DNA of 64,000 bases from an uncultured delta proteobacterium (GTDB lineage: Bacteria > Bdellovibrionota > FAC87 > UBA2466): NCBI GenBank assembly GCA_963778115.1, contig CAVZSV010000004.1, positions 1,984,001 through 2,048,000 on the forward strand. Reading direction: 5' to 3'. The notes below the pieces were generated by a model. It did no database searches. It was not told the DNA's origin and saw only the letters and a program-made list of their open reading frames with translations. Shown in pieces: positions 1 through 9,707 of the stretch. The position numbers and the translations under genes were made by a program. Positions within the stretch are counted from its first letter, which is position 1. Every line of letters starts with the position of its first letter.

Positions 1-1076
1 GCGATATGATCCGGATCGAGTTCCGATCGGACCCACTTCTGAGCCGCTTTCAAAGCATCCGAGTGACGCGAGCGGGTCACCGCTTCCAAAGCAGCACTTA
101 ACGAATCCACACTTTCCGCATGGTAAATACACTGAGGCAGCAAGGGTTTGAGATACTCAGCACTCCCGCTGGCATCGGGAATTAAAGGAAGGGTGCCGGC
201 CATGATGGCTTCAAAAGGGACTCGCCCGAAAGGTTCTTCAAAAGAGGGGTAGATAACCGCCCTCGATTTGCGAATAAGGGCGTCCTTCTCGCTTGCGAAA
301 ACAGGGGGCTTGACGAGAACTCTCTCTGAAATGCCTAACATTTCGGCATGTGCGCGCAAATCCTTATCGTAGCGACGCTCCACCGGCCCCACACAAACTA
401 AAATTCCGTCGCCCCCCCATTTGAGGTACCGGTAAAAACCGTCTACTAAGAAAACGAGATTTTTTCGCTTTTCGATGCGACCGATATAGAGGAAATAGGG
501 TTCCTTTTTCTTGGACCCGGTCTCCGATTCCGCGGGATATCGCTCTTCCACGATCGGATTGGCGATGACCTCGATGGCTCCCGCGGCAAGACGATAGGGG
601 CGGAAGTGTCTTTTTTCAAAATGGCTAAGGGCAATCACCCGTCGGGCACCCCGCACAATGGTATTCCCCAGCAAGAAATTAAACAGTCTCTTTTTGACGA
701 GGCTCCTGTGCCCTACCAAAAGCATTCCACGGGGATGAAGGACATAGGGAACGTGAAAACGACGGCAAAGGCGCGTTAGAAAGTAATTTTCTAATTTCCA
801 ATGGCCGTTAAGGTGAAAGACGTCGGCTTCAGAACACAACTTATTTAGCGAATGAAAGGGGAAGAGCCATGCCAAGAAAGGGTCAAGACGCCGATACGTC
901 ACCATTTTTGAGATTCCGTAACGACGAGCGAAAGTGTCGTCGAGCCGATGTTCCGCGCAAAGGACAGTCAGGTCGGCCAATCTCTGCAAATGGGAAGATA
1001 AAAGGGCCTCCGAGAATGCGGAACCGCCGTAAGTTCCTTTTAGCCCTGAACTGCTAAAGAGGACCTTGATTTTCAT
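1..1076 (-). CDS. Glycosyltransferase family 4 (GT-B), runs off left edge
   Basis: Manual translation from ATG at 1076 (MKIKVLFSSSG...FHLNGHW...YVLHPRGML) with the C-terminal E-x7-E motif YPSFEEPFGRVPFEAIMAG. No stop before the edge, so it is missing from the ORF track. Confidence 0.85.
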   Translation of the reverse strand, partial: MKIKVLFSSSGLKGTYGGSAFSEALLSSHLQRLADLTVLCAEHRLDDTFARRYGISKMVTYRRLDPFLAWLFPFHSLNKLCSEADVFHLNGHWKLENYFLTRLCRRFHVPYVLHPRGMLLVGHRSLVKKRLFNFLLGNTIVRGARRVIALSHFEKRHFRPYRLAAGAIEVIANPIVEERYPAESETGSKKKEPYFLYIGRIEKRKNLVFLVDGFYRYLKWGGDGILVCVGPVERRYDKDLRAHAEMLGISERVLVKPPVFASEKDALIRKSRAVIYPSFEEPFGRVPFEAIMAGTLPLIPDASGSAEYLKPLLPQCIYHAESVDSLSAALEAVTRSRHSDALKAAQKWVRSELDPDHI

Positions 1077-1082
1077 AAAATT

Positions 1083-2222
1083 TTAGACGTAATCGCCCTT
1101 TTTAATCTTCTCGACGATGATCTTTTCGGGCATCGTGGGGTCTCTGGGATCGACGGTGAAAAAGGCCTGTTGCTCGCAACGTCGCTTGTTATCCAACAAC
1201 CACTGCAAGATCTTCGAGAGCCCTTTATTCTTACGATCTCTAAAAAACGGATCGTTCTTGAGCGCATCTGAGGCCTTTTTTAAAGCTCGTGCCTCCTGGA
1301 TATCACTCTCTTTTACCGGGTAGTCGTTAAGATCGTATTTCTTAATATCGGTAGGCAGCACCCCCAAAAACCTTACATCGGGAGCAGAAAAGTCCGAGTT
1401 CCGAATCAGACTCGCGGCGGAACCCGCTTTTAAAGTACGAAAAATATTTTGCATCGTATAGGCGTCCAGATCTCCGAAGAAGTAGATCGGAACCTTAAGT
1501 TGATCTTGAATGAGTTTACACCAGCCCCGCACGGCATTGCTGGGAACTCCTTGCGCACCCATCAAAATCGCATTGTTTCGCTTACAAAAACCGTTCGCCA
1601 CAAAAGTATTTGCTGTACCTTCCGACTCGACGACTAAGCAAAAATCGATCTTCTTCTTGGCTTTAAGCTGCAAGCTCTGAGGTCGATTCTTGGGCTGGAA
1701 AGGGGAAGTTCCTAAGGAACTCAGATCGACCACTGCTTTTTCCCCATCGGGCATCGTTTCGGTGACTACAAGCTGATTAGAATAGGTCTGACCGCCTCGA
1801 TCGTTGGCGAAACAGTTTAGCTCCTCGCGATAACATTCGAGCATTTCGCAAATAAAATCGATGATCGAGTCACTTTCGTCCTGATCGGCAAAATCAAGCG
1901 GCTTTAACTCGGGATTGTGCTTTGTTTCGCCTTTCGAAATGTAATAAAGTTCGCGCTTCGTATTGACAGCACCCGTCTCCAAATTTCTAAGTAAGATCTC
2001 TAGGAGAAAAATCGCGCGCGACATTTTCTGGACCGACGAAACGTTGAGTTCCGTTCGCACCTTTTTCGATCCGGGAGTTAGGTATCCTACACTCGGAGTG
2101 TACTTGGCGTTATCCAGGGAGCATTTGATGGCCTCCAATACAGGACGTCTCGCGTTTTCGAGATCCGTCAGAAGCATGTTGCAAAGCTTTTTGGATAACT
2201 GCGGGACTGTTTCTTCTTTCAT
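1083..2222 (-). CDS. top6A: DNA topoisomerase VI subunit A (Spo11-like)
   Basis: KRELYY catalytic-Tyr motif, TOPRIM VVESE and GDLD; overlaps the subunit B stop by 4 bp. Confidence 0.9.
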   Translation of the reverse strand: MKEETVPQLSKKLCNMLLTDLENARRPVLEAIKCSLDNAKYTPSVGYLTPGSKKVRTELNVSSVQKMSRAIFLLEILLRNLETGAVNTKRELYYISKGETKHNPELKPLDFADQDESDSIIDFICEMLECYREELNCFANDRGGQTYSNQLVVTETMPDGEKAVVDLSSLGTSPFQPKNRPQSLQLKAKKKIDFCLVVESEGTANTFVANGFCKRNNAILMGAQGVPSNAVRGWCKLIQDQLKVPIYFFGDLDAYTMQNIFRTLKAGSAASLIRNSDFSAPDVRFLGVLPTDIKKYDLNDYPVKESDIQEARALKKASDALKNDPFFRDRKNKGLSKILQWLLDNKRRCEQQAFFTVDPRDPTMPEKIIVEKIKKGDYV

Positions 2223-4048
2223 GCCGTCACCCTTTTCTCTTTAGCCGGCGCTCGCTTTTCAGCCTTTTTCTTGGCAGGCTTTGCGGCCTTTTTAGATTTT
2301 CCTTCCGACTTGGCTGAGACCTCATCACCCTCTGCTTCGGTATCGGCTTCCGCTTGCTCGGCGCCCTCCTCCTCCTCTTTTACGAGCTCGTCAGTCTTCA
2401 CGACGTGAACTTTACCCTTACTGACCGCTTCCTTGACCGCGCTATCGGCCTCTTTAAGATCCTTCTTGGCCGCATTCACATCACGTCCCAGAAGTTTGAT
2501 AATACCATCGGTAGCCTTTTTCTTGCGGCTGTCCGGAGCTTTGGTAATGCGGCATAAACAGTCGACGAGAATGGGACAAAATTGTTCAATATGGCGAAGT
2601 TTCTCTTCGAGATCGGCCTCTTTGTTTTCTTTTCGGATATGACGAGAGAGCCTTTGCCCCGCTTGAATAAGCGTCCTGCGCAACTCTTCGACCAATTCAT
2701 CACTTGCGTCGACGGTTTCTTTCGAAGCATTTTTAAACTTAATGAAAGGAGAGACCAAGCTCACCGCAATGACATACGGGCCTTGCGGAAGGCTGTCTTT
2801 AGGCTGCGCTAGTCCATAAGTACGCCAGTTGACCGTCTCGATCGCTTTCACCATGGCGCAGGCGGCCTTATCAAATTGAAGCGGAACTCGATTGGCGAAA
2901 CGTAAAATGGTGGCCGGAGATTCGTCGGTCTCCCCTTCCACTTTGGCGCCTCCACTCTTAAGTCGTGCGATGGCGACCTCAACCGCTACCGGTTTGTAAT
3001 CGCAAATGGTGGGTTTTCGAGTCACCACCGAAAAAAAGTCGACCTCGCCCAGACGTCGCACACTCTTGGAAAAAGCCTCTTCTCCGATAGTCATGACGGA
3101 GCGGGTACTGGGAGCCATCAACTCCGTTTTATGGATAGCGCTAAAGAGATCTTTAAAATCGCTGTCACTCGTCTTGTCGACCGACTGGTCCAGAACTTTC
3201 TTGTTCACGCCGTTCTTGATAATGGCGTCGATGACATTGTCGGTAATTCGAGAAAAACCTTTCTTTAGCCATGCCTTAATCGTGATCCGACCAAAAAGAT
3301 GAGAGTGGGCGATAAATTCGCCGAGTTTCATCGTATGAGGATGGGGAGTCGTGGCTTCGGGAATACCTGGACAGGTTTCACTAACTCTGGCCACCTTCTG
3401 CCACTCTTGATCGGGAACTTTATATTTTAACGTCAGGTGCGGATTCACCAAGGTGGTACCCAGAAGATAGGTCATCAACCCGCCTTCGCCATTGAGCTGA
3501 ATGCGGCCATCGATAAAAAACTCGACGCTAACACCATGAGGTTTAGTCTGTGCGACCGTCTTCTTGTCTTTAAGAACACCTTTGTTGTGCTTGATGTCGA
3601 CTTCGACCATGGAGGAGACGGCTTGCCGCATCTTTGCGGTCTTAGTCACCACCCTGACCCCTTTGGCACTCGTCAGCTGGGCCCAAGTCGTAGCCGCCGA
3701 AATTCCGATTCCCTGCTGCCCGCGAGAACACCGGCCGCGGCCGAACTTGGACGACGCTAAGTACTCCCCAAACACGGCTGAAATCTCGTCGACTTCAAGT
3801 CCCGGACCATTGTCTTCAACATAGATGCGGACGAGGTCGGTATTTTTTAAGGTCCCCGCTCCCACTTTCTCTATCTCGACCACTAGGTCGGGAAGGATTC
3901 CAGCCTCTTCACACGCATCAAGCGAATTGTCGACCGCCTCTTTTAGCGTCGTCAAAACAGCTTTGGTGGGGGATGAGAATCCAACCTGTTGGAGGTTCTT
4001 GGAAAAATATTCCGCCGTGCTGCTGGATGTTATTTTCTGCCGTGCCAA
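2219..4048 (-). CDS. top6B: DNA topoisomerase VI subunit B
   Basis: GHKL motifs KEAVDNSLDA, EDNGPG, SRGQQGIGIS; PHPH motif; RFANRVPL transducer motif. Confidence 0.95.
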   Translation of the reverse strand: MARQKITSSSTAEYFSKNLQQVGFSSPTKAVLTTLKEAVDNSLDACEEAGILPDLVVEIEKVGAGTLKNTDLVRIYVEDNGPGLEVDEISAVFGEYLASSKFGRGRCSRGQQGIGISAATTWAQLTSAKGVRVVTKTAKMRQAVSSMVEVDIKHNKGVLKDKKTVAQTKPHGVSVEFFIDGRIQLNGEGGLMTYLLGTTLVNPHLTLKYKVPDQEWQKVARVSETCPGIPEATTPHPHTMKLGEFIAHSHLFGRITIKAWLKKGFSRITDNVIDAIIKNGVNKKVLDQSVDKTSDSDFKDLFSAIHKTELMAPSTRSVMTIGEEAFSKSVRRLGEVDFFSVVTRKPTICDYKPVAVEVAIARLKSGGAKVEGETDESPATILRFANRVPLQFDKAACAMVKAIETVNWRTYGLAQPKDSLPQGPYVIAVSLVSPFIKFKNASKETVDASDELVEELRRTLIQAGQRLSRHIRKENKEADLEEKLRHIEQFCPILVDCLCRITKAPDSRKKKATDGIIKLLGRDVNAAKKDLKEADSAVKEAVSKGKVHVVKTDELVKEEEEGAEQAEADTEAEGDEVSAKSEGKSKKAAKPAKKKAEKRAPAKEKRVTA

Positions 4049-4237
4049 GGTTTCCTATTCTTCTGTGTCAGGGTGTCTAAAAGTGTACTGATATCTTACT
4101 ACGATAATGGCTCCTAGAGAGAAAGGCAAAAGAAAGCGACGTGTCATGGTCGTGGTTAAGAAAGCGCCCTCCGATTTCGACATCTAAGTTATACTTTTCG
4201 CGTAACAGGCTTTCATCGGCTGGGATGGGGAGTGGCA

Positions 4238-4948
4238 ATGAAATCACTATCGAGACTTTCACTGGTAATACTTGTGATCGGGACTTTTTTTAACAGCCGC
4301 TCGGCACTAGCCGAAAATACCGACCCCGTTCTGGAGTCGTTGCGAGCCCGTCTTTTGGAACAGCAAATAGAGACCGACTACAAGAATCCTAAAGAGCCGG
4401 TCATTGAAAAAGATCGCGCCATACTAGGGAAACGAAACGCGCCGATCCTGATTGTCGCTTACTCGGATTTTCAATGTCCCTACTGCAAACGCGGGGCTGA
4501 AACTCTAGAAACGGTATTGCAGAAATACGGGAAAAAAGTGGTCTACGTCTTTAAGAACTTTCCTCTGTCTTTCCATCCTTTCGCCATGGCGGCGGCACAG
4601 CGTTTTCAAGCCATTGCTTACCAGAGTGCTAAGAAAGCTTACGAGTACCACGACCTGGTTTTCAAAAATCAGGACCAGCTGGATGCAAGAGGGGAAGTCT
4701 TCCTTGATGAGATCGCAAAGCGTGTCGGCGCCAATATGACCAAGATGAAAAAGGAGATGGGAAGCGAGAGGCTTAAGACTCAAATAGATGCTGACATGGC
4801 GGAAGCCCAGAAATTTGAGATCACAGGAACTCCAGGCTTTGTCGTTGCCGGTGTCCTGTTGAAGGGGGCTTATCCTGCCGAAATGTTCCAAACTATTATC
4901 GATCGAAGATTAGCCGATGCTGCGGCTCGCACGATTAGTTCGAAATAA
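4238..4948 (+). CDS. DsbA-family thioredoxin-fold protein, exported
   Basis: Signal peptide, SDFQCPYC active site, GTP cis-Pro loop. Confidence 0.85.
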   Translation: MKSLSRLSLVILVIGTFFNSRSALAENTDPVLESLRARLLEQQIETDYKNPKEPVIEKDRAILGKRNAPILIVAYSDFQCPYCKRGAETLETVLQKYGKKVVYVFKNFPLSFHPFAMAAAQRFQAIAYQSAKKAYEYHDLVFKNQDQLDARGEVFLDEIAKRVGANMTKMKKEMGSERLKTQIDADMAEAQKFEITGTPGFVVAGVLLKGAYPAEMFQTIIDRRLADAAARTISSK

Positions 4949-4964
4949 TCCGAAGATGCTTTAT

Positions 4965-6269
4965 TTAGCCCCGTTCGTGTAAAGGAACGTAGCGAGATTC
5001 CTTCGGTCCCGTGTAGATCTGCCTAGGCCGTCCGATTTTAGAGTTCGGGGCCTCCAGCATCTCTTTCCATTGTGCGATCCAACCAGGAATTCGGCCGATG
5101 GCAAACAGCACCGTAAACATGTTGGTAGGAATTCCTATCGCCCGATAGATAATGCCGCTATAAAAATCGACATTTGGATAGAGCTTTCGGCTGACAAAAT
5201 ATTCGTCTTGAAGGGCCGCTTCTTCTAACTGTTTGGCGACTTCAAGCAGAGGATCTTTGATCCCCAGTTTGGTTAAAATGGTATCGCAAGCGCGCTTGAT
5301 GATCTTGGCCCTGGGATCGAAATTCTTGTAAACGCGGTGGCCAAAACCCATCAACCGAACGCCCGCCTCTTTGTTTTTTACGCGCTCGATATATCGTTTT
5401 ACGTTGCCGCCACCGTTCTCAATAATAAACTCGAGCATCTCGACGACTTCTTGGTTGGCACCACCATGCAACGGTCCCCAGAGGGCTGAGATTCCAGCCG
5501 AACAAGAGGCGTAAAGATTAGCACGGCTGCTTCCGACCAGTCGTACGGTCGAGGTGCTGCAGTTTTGCTCGTGATCCGCGTGCAAGATTAAAAGTAGATC
5601 TAGCGCCCGAGCCACTTCTGGGTCGAGAAGATAGTCTTCGGCCGGGACAGCAAACATCATTTTCAAAAAGTTGGAGCAATAGTCGAGACTATTGGTCGGA
5701 TAGATGAAAGGCTGCCCTATCGATTTTTTATAGGAGAATGCGGCAATCGTCGGCAACTTCGCCAGTAACCGATAGATAGACAGCTCGATATCCGCCGGAT
5801 CGTTCATGTCCGAAGTATCTTGGTAAAAAGTGGAGAGGGAACTTACCGCCGACGACAAAATGGCCATTGGGTGGGCATTACGTGGAAAGCCGTCGTAAAA
5901 CCGTTTCATGTCTTCGTGAAGCATCGTATGGCGGGTCAAGTTCGTCGTGAACCGCTCAAGCTCGGCTTTATTGGGTAACTTTCCGTAAATAAGAAGGTAG
6001 CTCGTTTCGACGAAACTAGAATTTTCCGCCAGCTGTTCGATAGGAATCCCTCGGTAACGAAGAATTCCTTTCTCTCCGTCGAGAAAGGTGATGCCACTTT
6101 GGCAGGCACCTGTATTCATGTAACCGTTGTCCAGAGTGATGACACCGGTCTGAGCGCGAAGATTGGTAATATCTATCGCCCTCTCTCCTTCCGAGCCTTC
6201 GACCATGGGCAATTCATACTCTTTGCCATCTATCTTTAGAATCGCTGTCGATTTACTCTGGTTCGTCAT
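4965..6269 (-). CDS. gltA: Citrate synthase
   Basis: HADHEQN, GPLHGGAN, GFGHRVYK, YPNVDFYSG; AAGGAG RBS before ATG 6269. Confidence 0.97.
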   Translation of the reverse strand: MTNQSKSTAILKIDGKEYELPMVEGSEGERAIDITNLRAQTGVITLDNGYMNTGACQSGITFLDGEKGILRYRGIPIEQLAENSSFVETSYLLIYGKLPNKAELERFTTNLTRHTMLHEDMKRFYDGFPRNAHPMAILSSAVSSLSTFYQDTSDMNDPADIELSIYRLLAKLPTIAAFSYKKSIGQPFIYPTNSLDYCSNFLKMMFAVPAEDYLLDPEVARALDLLLILHADHEQNCSTSTVRLVGSSRANLYASCSAGISALWGPLHGGANQEVVEMLEFIIENGGGNVKRYIERVKNKEAGVRLMGFGHRVYKNFDPRAKIIKRACDTILTKLGIKDPLLEVAKQLEEAALQDEYFVSRKLYPNVDFYSGIIYRAIGIPTNMFTVLFAIGRIPGWIAQWKEMLEAPNSKIGRPRQIYTGPKESRYVPLHERG

Positions 6270-6314
6270 AACTGCTCCTTTAACTTCTCCTTCGAACACA
6301 CCCTAACAGGCACC

Positions 6315-7133
6315 TTAAATTTTTGCGAGCTTAGCCAATTTTATCGCTCTTTTGGTCGCTTGGACTACTGCCTTGATCAGCGTTACCCTAAGTTTTCCTT
6401 CTTCAAGCTCCATCAACCCGTCGATAGTGCAACCCGCGGGCGTGGTCACCTCATCTTTAAGATAGGCAGGATGCTTACCCGTTTCCAATAACATTTTAGC
6501 AGCTCCGAGGACGGTTTGAGCCGCCAATTGTGTCGCCAAATCCCTGGGCAATCCGACTTTAATACCGCCGTCAGTCAAAGATTCCAAGACGACATAAATG
6601 TAAGCAGGGCCGCAGCCACTAAGGCCCGTCACGGCATCCATATGCCGCTCGTCGACACGAATCAATCGACCTACGGGATTAAATAAAAGAGCTGCCCGTT
6701 CCCAGTCCTTTTCGGTAGCGGCCGATCCCAGACAGACCGCTGTGATCCCCGCGCGTACAAAGGCCGGCGTGTTAGGCATAGCGCGTAAGACTCTAGCCCC
6801 TTTTCCTAAATGCTTCTCCAATTGGGCCGTGCTGATACTTGCCACAATGGAAACCAACGTGCGATTGGACTCCGATTTAAAGCAACCTGAAATTTCGGAA
6901 GTTACTTCACCCACGTTTTGGGGTTTTACCGCTAGTACAATGACATCGCACTTTTCCACTAATTGCTTATTAGACCCACAAGGTTCGATCCCCAGCTCTT
7001 CTTTAGTGCGTGCTGCTGACTCTTCATGTTTGGTGGTGAAAAAGATTTCCGACTTCTTCACAGTGGACGATTCTAGGAGCCCTTGAACCAGGCAGCGCCC
7101 CATTCGGCCCAGACCTATGATTCCGATTTTCAT
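6315..7133 (-). CDS. proC: Pyrroline-5-carboxylate reductase
   Basis: GxGxMG, RAMPNTP, VTTPAGCT. Confidence 0.95.
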   Translation of the reverse strand: MKIGIIGLGRMGRCLVQGLLESSTVKKSEIFFTTKHEESAARTKEELGIEPCGSNKQLVEKCDVIVLAVKPQNVGEVTSEISGCFKSESNRTLVSIVASISTAQLEKHLGKGARVLRAMPNTPAFVRAGITAVCLGSAATEKDWERAALLFNPVGRLIRVDERHMDAVTGLSGCGPAYIYVVLESLTDGGIKVGLPRDLATQLAAQTVLGAAKMLLETGKHPAYLKDEVTTPAGCTIDGLMELEEGKLRVTLIKAVVQATKRAIKLAKLAKI

Positions 7134-7165
7134 TCGGCTTTCCTCATCTCAGTTACGGCTTCGAT

Positions 7166-8530
7166 CTACTTGAAAATGCCTTGGTACCACTTGTCACTCT
7201 TAGCGTTGGGATTGGCTCTAATTCCCGTCTTCTTTGCTATTTCCTCTATCGGCCAACCGGTAAGGGAAGCTAAGGTCTCAACCTCTTTTTCTTCGCGTTC
7301 TTTTAGCTGCTTCTTATAGGTATCCGCCGCCGAACAGGTGGAGTTCCCGGTAAACGGATGTCTCAACACATATCGTCCCTGAAAGTTCTCGGAGTTCGCA
7401 GTGACCTGAAACATTAGGTCCTCCGGGAAATGCTCTGCGTCATACCTTACGTGGAGTCGGGTGACAAAGGCTTCTATAGGTTCCCCTCCTTTGGGAAGGG
7501 CGATTCTCGGTTTATACCGTCCCGGAGGATTGGGATTGAAAGAAGAAGGCCAAAAGACGCCTAGTTTTCGAAGTTCAGTGGGAGTCAAAGGCTCGGCCGC
7601 ACAAGGATCGCACCACATCATGTTCCAGGCATATTCCAAAAACACGACCTTTTTGTCCTCTCGCTCGTGCGATTTTTGAAACATCGCGCGGTAAAAGTTA
7701 GCAAAATCGTCTTTTACATAAAGAGGAATATCCATGCCCGTCGGCAACTTCACCGTACGGTAGTTGGTGGTCTCTACCCTCCCGCTCTTAGTGATGGCGT
7801 AAACCAGCATGTCCTGTGGTCCTTTGGCGTTCACCATCCCCAAACGAATGGGCAGCATGAACTTTTCCGAACTAAACGCGAATTGCAACGGCCTTAAATA
7901 GCTAAACCCGCTCTTTGCATGCTCCTTGAGGTTAATCTTAGCGACAAAAAACTTCATATTCTGCTTGATATAGGGCTCCAGCGCTTTGGAGGCGCCGGGG
8001 GGAATCTGATAGCCGTTTTGTTTCAGCCAACTTTCAAGACCACTCGATTCTTTAGCACTCAAGATGAGAATGTCATATTCGCCAACGGTATACTTCGCTT
8101 CGATCTTTACTCCGAGCCCGGTCTCTTTCTTGGCCGATCCCACCGCAGCTGTGGGAGCTTTCATTCGCATCTCATACATGCGAATGGGAGGAGCACAGGG
8201 ATCGGGATCATAATATTCGACGAGTCGGGGTGCCGAAAAAGCATCCAAGTGTTCGAGAACGGCGCGATCCCCGACATTAATCTGCTCTCGGGTTAGCACT
8301 TCGGGAACGGGGACCACGACCGCAAAGTCCTTTGGATTTCCCTGGTAGTCGCTGAACATCGTAATCGCCGTATGGTTTTCATCCCGCACGATGACGACTT
8401 GTGAAGCTTCATTAAATAGCGACGCATCTGCTTTAGCTACGTAAAGTCCGCAAAAACCGTACGCTGAACGGGTGAGAGACGTAACGAGAATAAGAATAAG
8501 ACTAAGATTGAGCCACAAGACGCGTTTCAT
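7166..8530 (-). CDS. DUF2330-family exported protein
   Basis: Signal peptide then FCGLYVAKADA, FAVVVPVP, APRLVEYYD, LPIRLG, TRLH; GGAGG RBS before ATG 8530. Confidence 0.8.
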   Translation of the reverse strand: MKRVLWLNLSLILILVTSLTRSAYGFCGLYVAKADASLFNEASQVVIVRDENHTAITMFSDYQGNPKDFAVVVPVPEVLTREQINVGDRAVLEHLDAFSAPRLVEYYDPDPCAPPIRMYEMRMKAPTAAVGSAKKETGLGVKIEAKYTVGEYDILILSAKESSGLESWLKQNGYQIPPGASKALEPYIKQNMKFFVAKINLKEHAKSGFSYLRPLQFAFSSEKFMLPIRLGMVNAKGPQDMLVYAITKSGRVETTNYRTVKLPTGMDIPLYVKDDFANFYRAMFQKSHEREDKKVVFLEYAWNMMWCDPCAAEPLTPTELRKLGVFWPSSFNPNPPGRYKPRIALPKGGEPIEAFVTRLHVRYDAEHFPEDLMFQVTANSENFQGRYVLRHPFTGNSTCSAADTYKKQLKEREEKEVETLASLTGWPIEEIAKKTGIRANPNAKSDKWYQGIFK

Positions 8531-9326
8531 TGAGCCTCCGAATAGGGGGAGAAGACCATTCAAACCTTGCGCGTTTCCAAACGATATCAAGAACCATCGT
8601 GAACGGCGATAAGACAAACAGCGCCTCCAAGGGTGCCGTGGGGCGAAACCAATGAAATCTTAACCAAAAGGCCATAACCCCAACTAAGGCTCCAAAAACT
8701 AGGCGAGCCATGGGGTGGTCGGGAGTGGATCTTGGATCAGAAACCATAAAGAAAGTAAAAATGATGAGACTCCCATCTGCTAATTGGTGAGGAAGCACCA
8801 GAGCATTTTGCCCGAGATAAGTGACGCGAGCGAAAAGCAAAAGGGCAAAAACGCCAAGAAAAGCCAAACTCACATCAAAGCGCTGGGCCCGAAAGACAAC
8901 GACCGCCCCCATGAGAACGATCCAAAAGGCCAGCGACATATCGTCACCCCATTGTCCTGGTGAGATCCAAACCCGACCGGTCGTCCAAAGAAGAACGACA
9001 ATTCCAAAATTAGTGGGATTGAAAAAATGTTTCTTTCGAAAGCGGAAGATGAATTTGCTCGCGATAGCGAAAACCGCAGCCACTCCCAGGACCCAAACGG
9101 AATCGGCTCGGCAAAGAAGTAAAACGCTTAGGGCCGAAATCATGGCACTAAGAAGATTTTTCCAAGCAAGCTCAAACCAATAGATCGCAGCCATTTGCGT
9201 CAGCAGCGCTCCGCCAATTACGATCAAGGCAGCACCCGGAGAAATGGGGAAATCTCTCCAGAGGGTGCCCACAAAGAGCATCGCGCAAAGGGCCAGAATT
9301 TGAAAATACCTAGGGTCCCTTTTCAT
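8502..9326 (-). CDS. RnfD/NqrB-like integral membrane protein
   Basis: Multiple TM segments, SKFIFRFRKKHFFNP, FFMVSDPRSTP. Confidence 0.75.
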   Translation of the reverse strand: MKRDPRYFQILALCAMLFVGTLWRDFPISPGAALIVIGGALLTQMAAIYWFELAWKNLLSAMISALSVLLLCRADSVWVLGVAAVFAIASKFIFRFRKKHFFNPTNFGIVVLLWTTGRVWISPGQWGDDMSLAFWIVLMGAVVVFRAQRFDVSLAFLGVFALLLFARVTYLGQNALVLPHQLADGSLIIFTFFMVSDPRSTPDHPMARLVFGALVGVMAFWLRFHWFRPTAPLEALFVLSPFTMVLDIVWKRARFEWSSPPIRRLNETRLVAQS

Positions 9327-9434
9327 GGCTGGCTGATTATCCCCCGGCCGGGGCCATTTATCGAGAAGCACAGTGACGCAATCCCACGATTGCGAGAAAC
9401 CATAGTGGATGTTAATGATCCTAAATCTACATCC

Positions 9435-9508
9435 GGGCGGATAGCTCAGTTGGTTAGAGCGTCGCCTTTACACGGCGAAGGTCACAGGTTCGACCCCTGT
9501 TCCGCCTA
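9435..9508 (+). tRNA. tRNA-Val (TAC), CCA not encoded
   Basis: GGGCGGA/TCCGCCT acceptor stem, D-arm AGCTCAGTTGGTTAGAGC, anticodon arm TCGCC-TTTACAC-GGCGA, T-loop GGTTCGACCC. Confidence 0.95.
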
Positions 9509-9707
9509 GTTCTTTTCGCCCCGCGAGAGGAACGCTTAAGGACTAATCTCAAGATTAAGCTTAACCTAATCCGCGTAGCGGATTTAAGATCCCTCCTCCC
9601 CTTTATCCAATCCCCAAAAAAACCGAATATACTGGAACGCGACGTCTGGCTTTTGCGTCGCAGACCGACTAAGGTCGGGATAAGTGATTGTCGAGAAAGG
9701 GCTTTTC

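Noticed and set aside
9435..9600. Integrative element at tRNA-Val
   Set aside because: No integrase and no duplicated tRNA 3' end seen in the window
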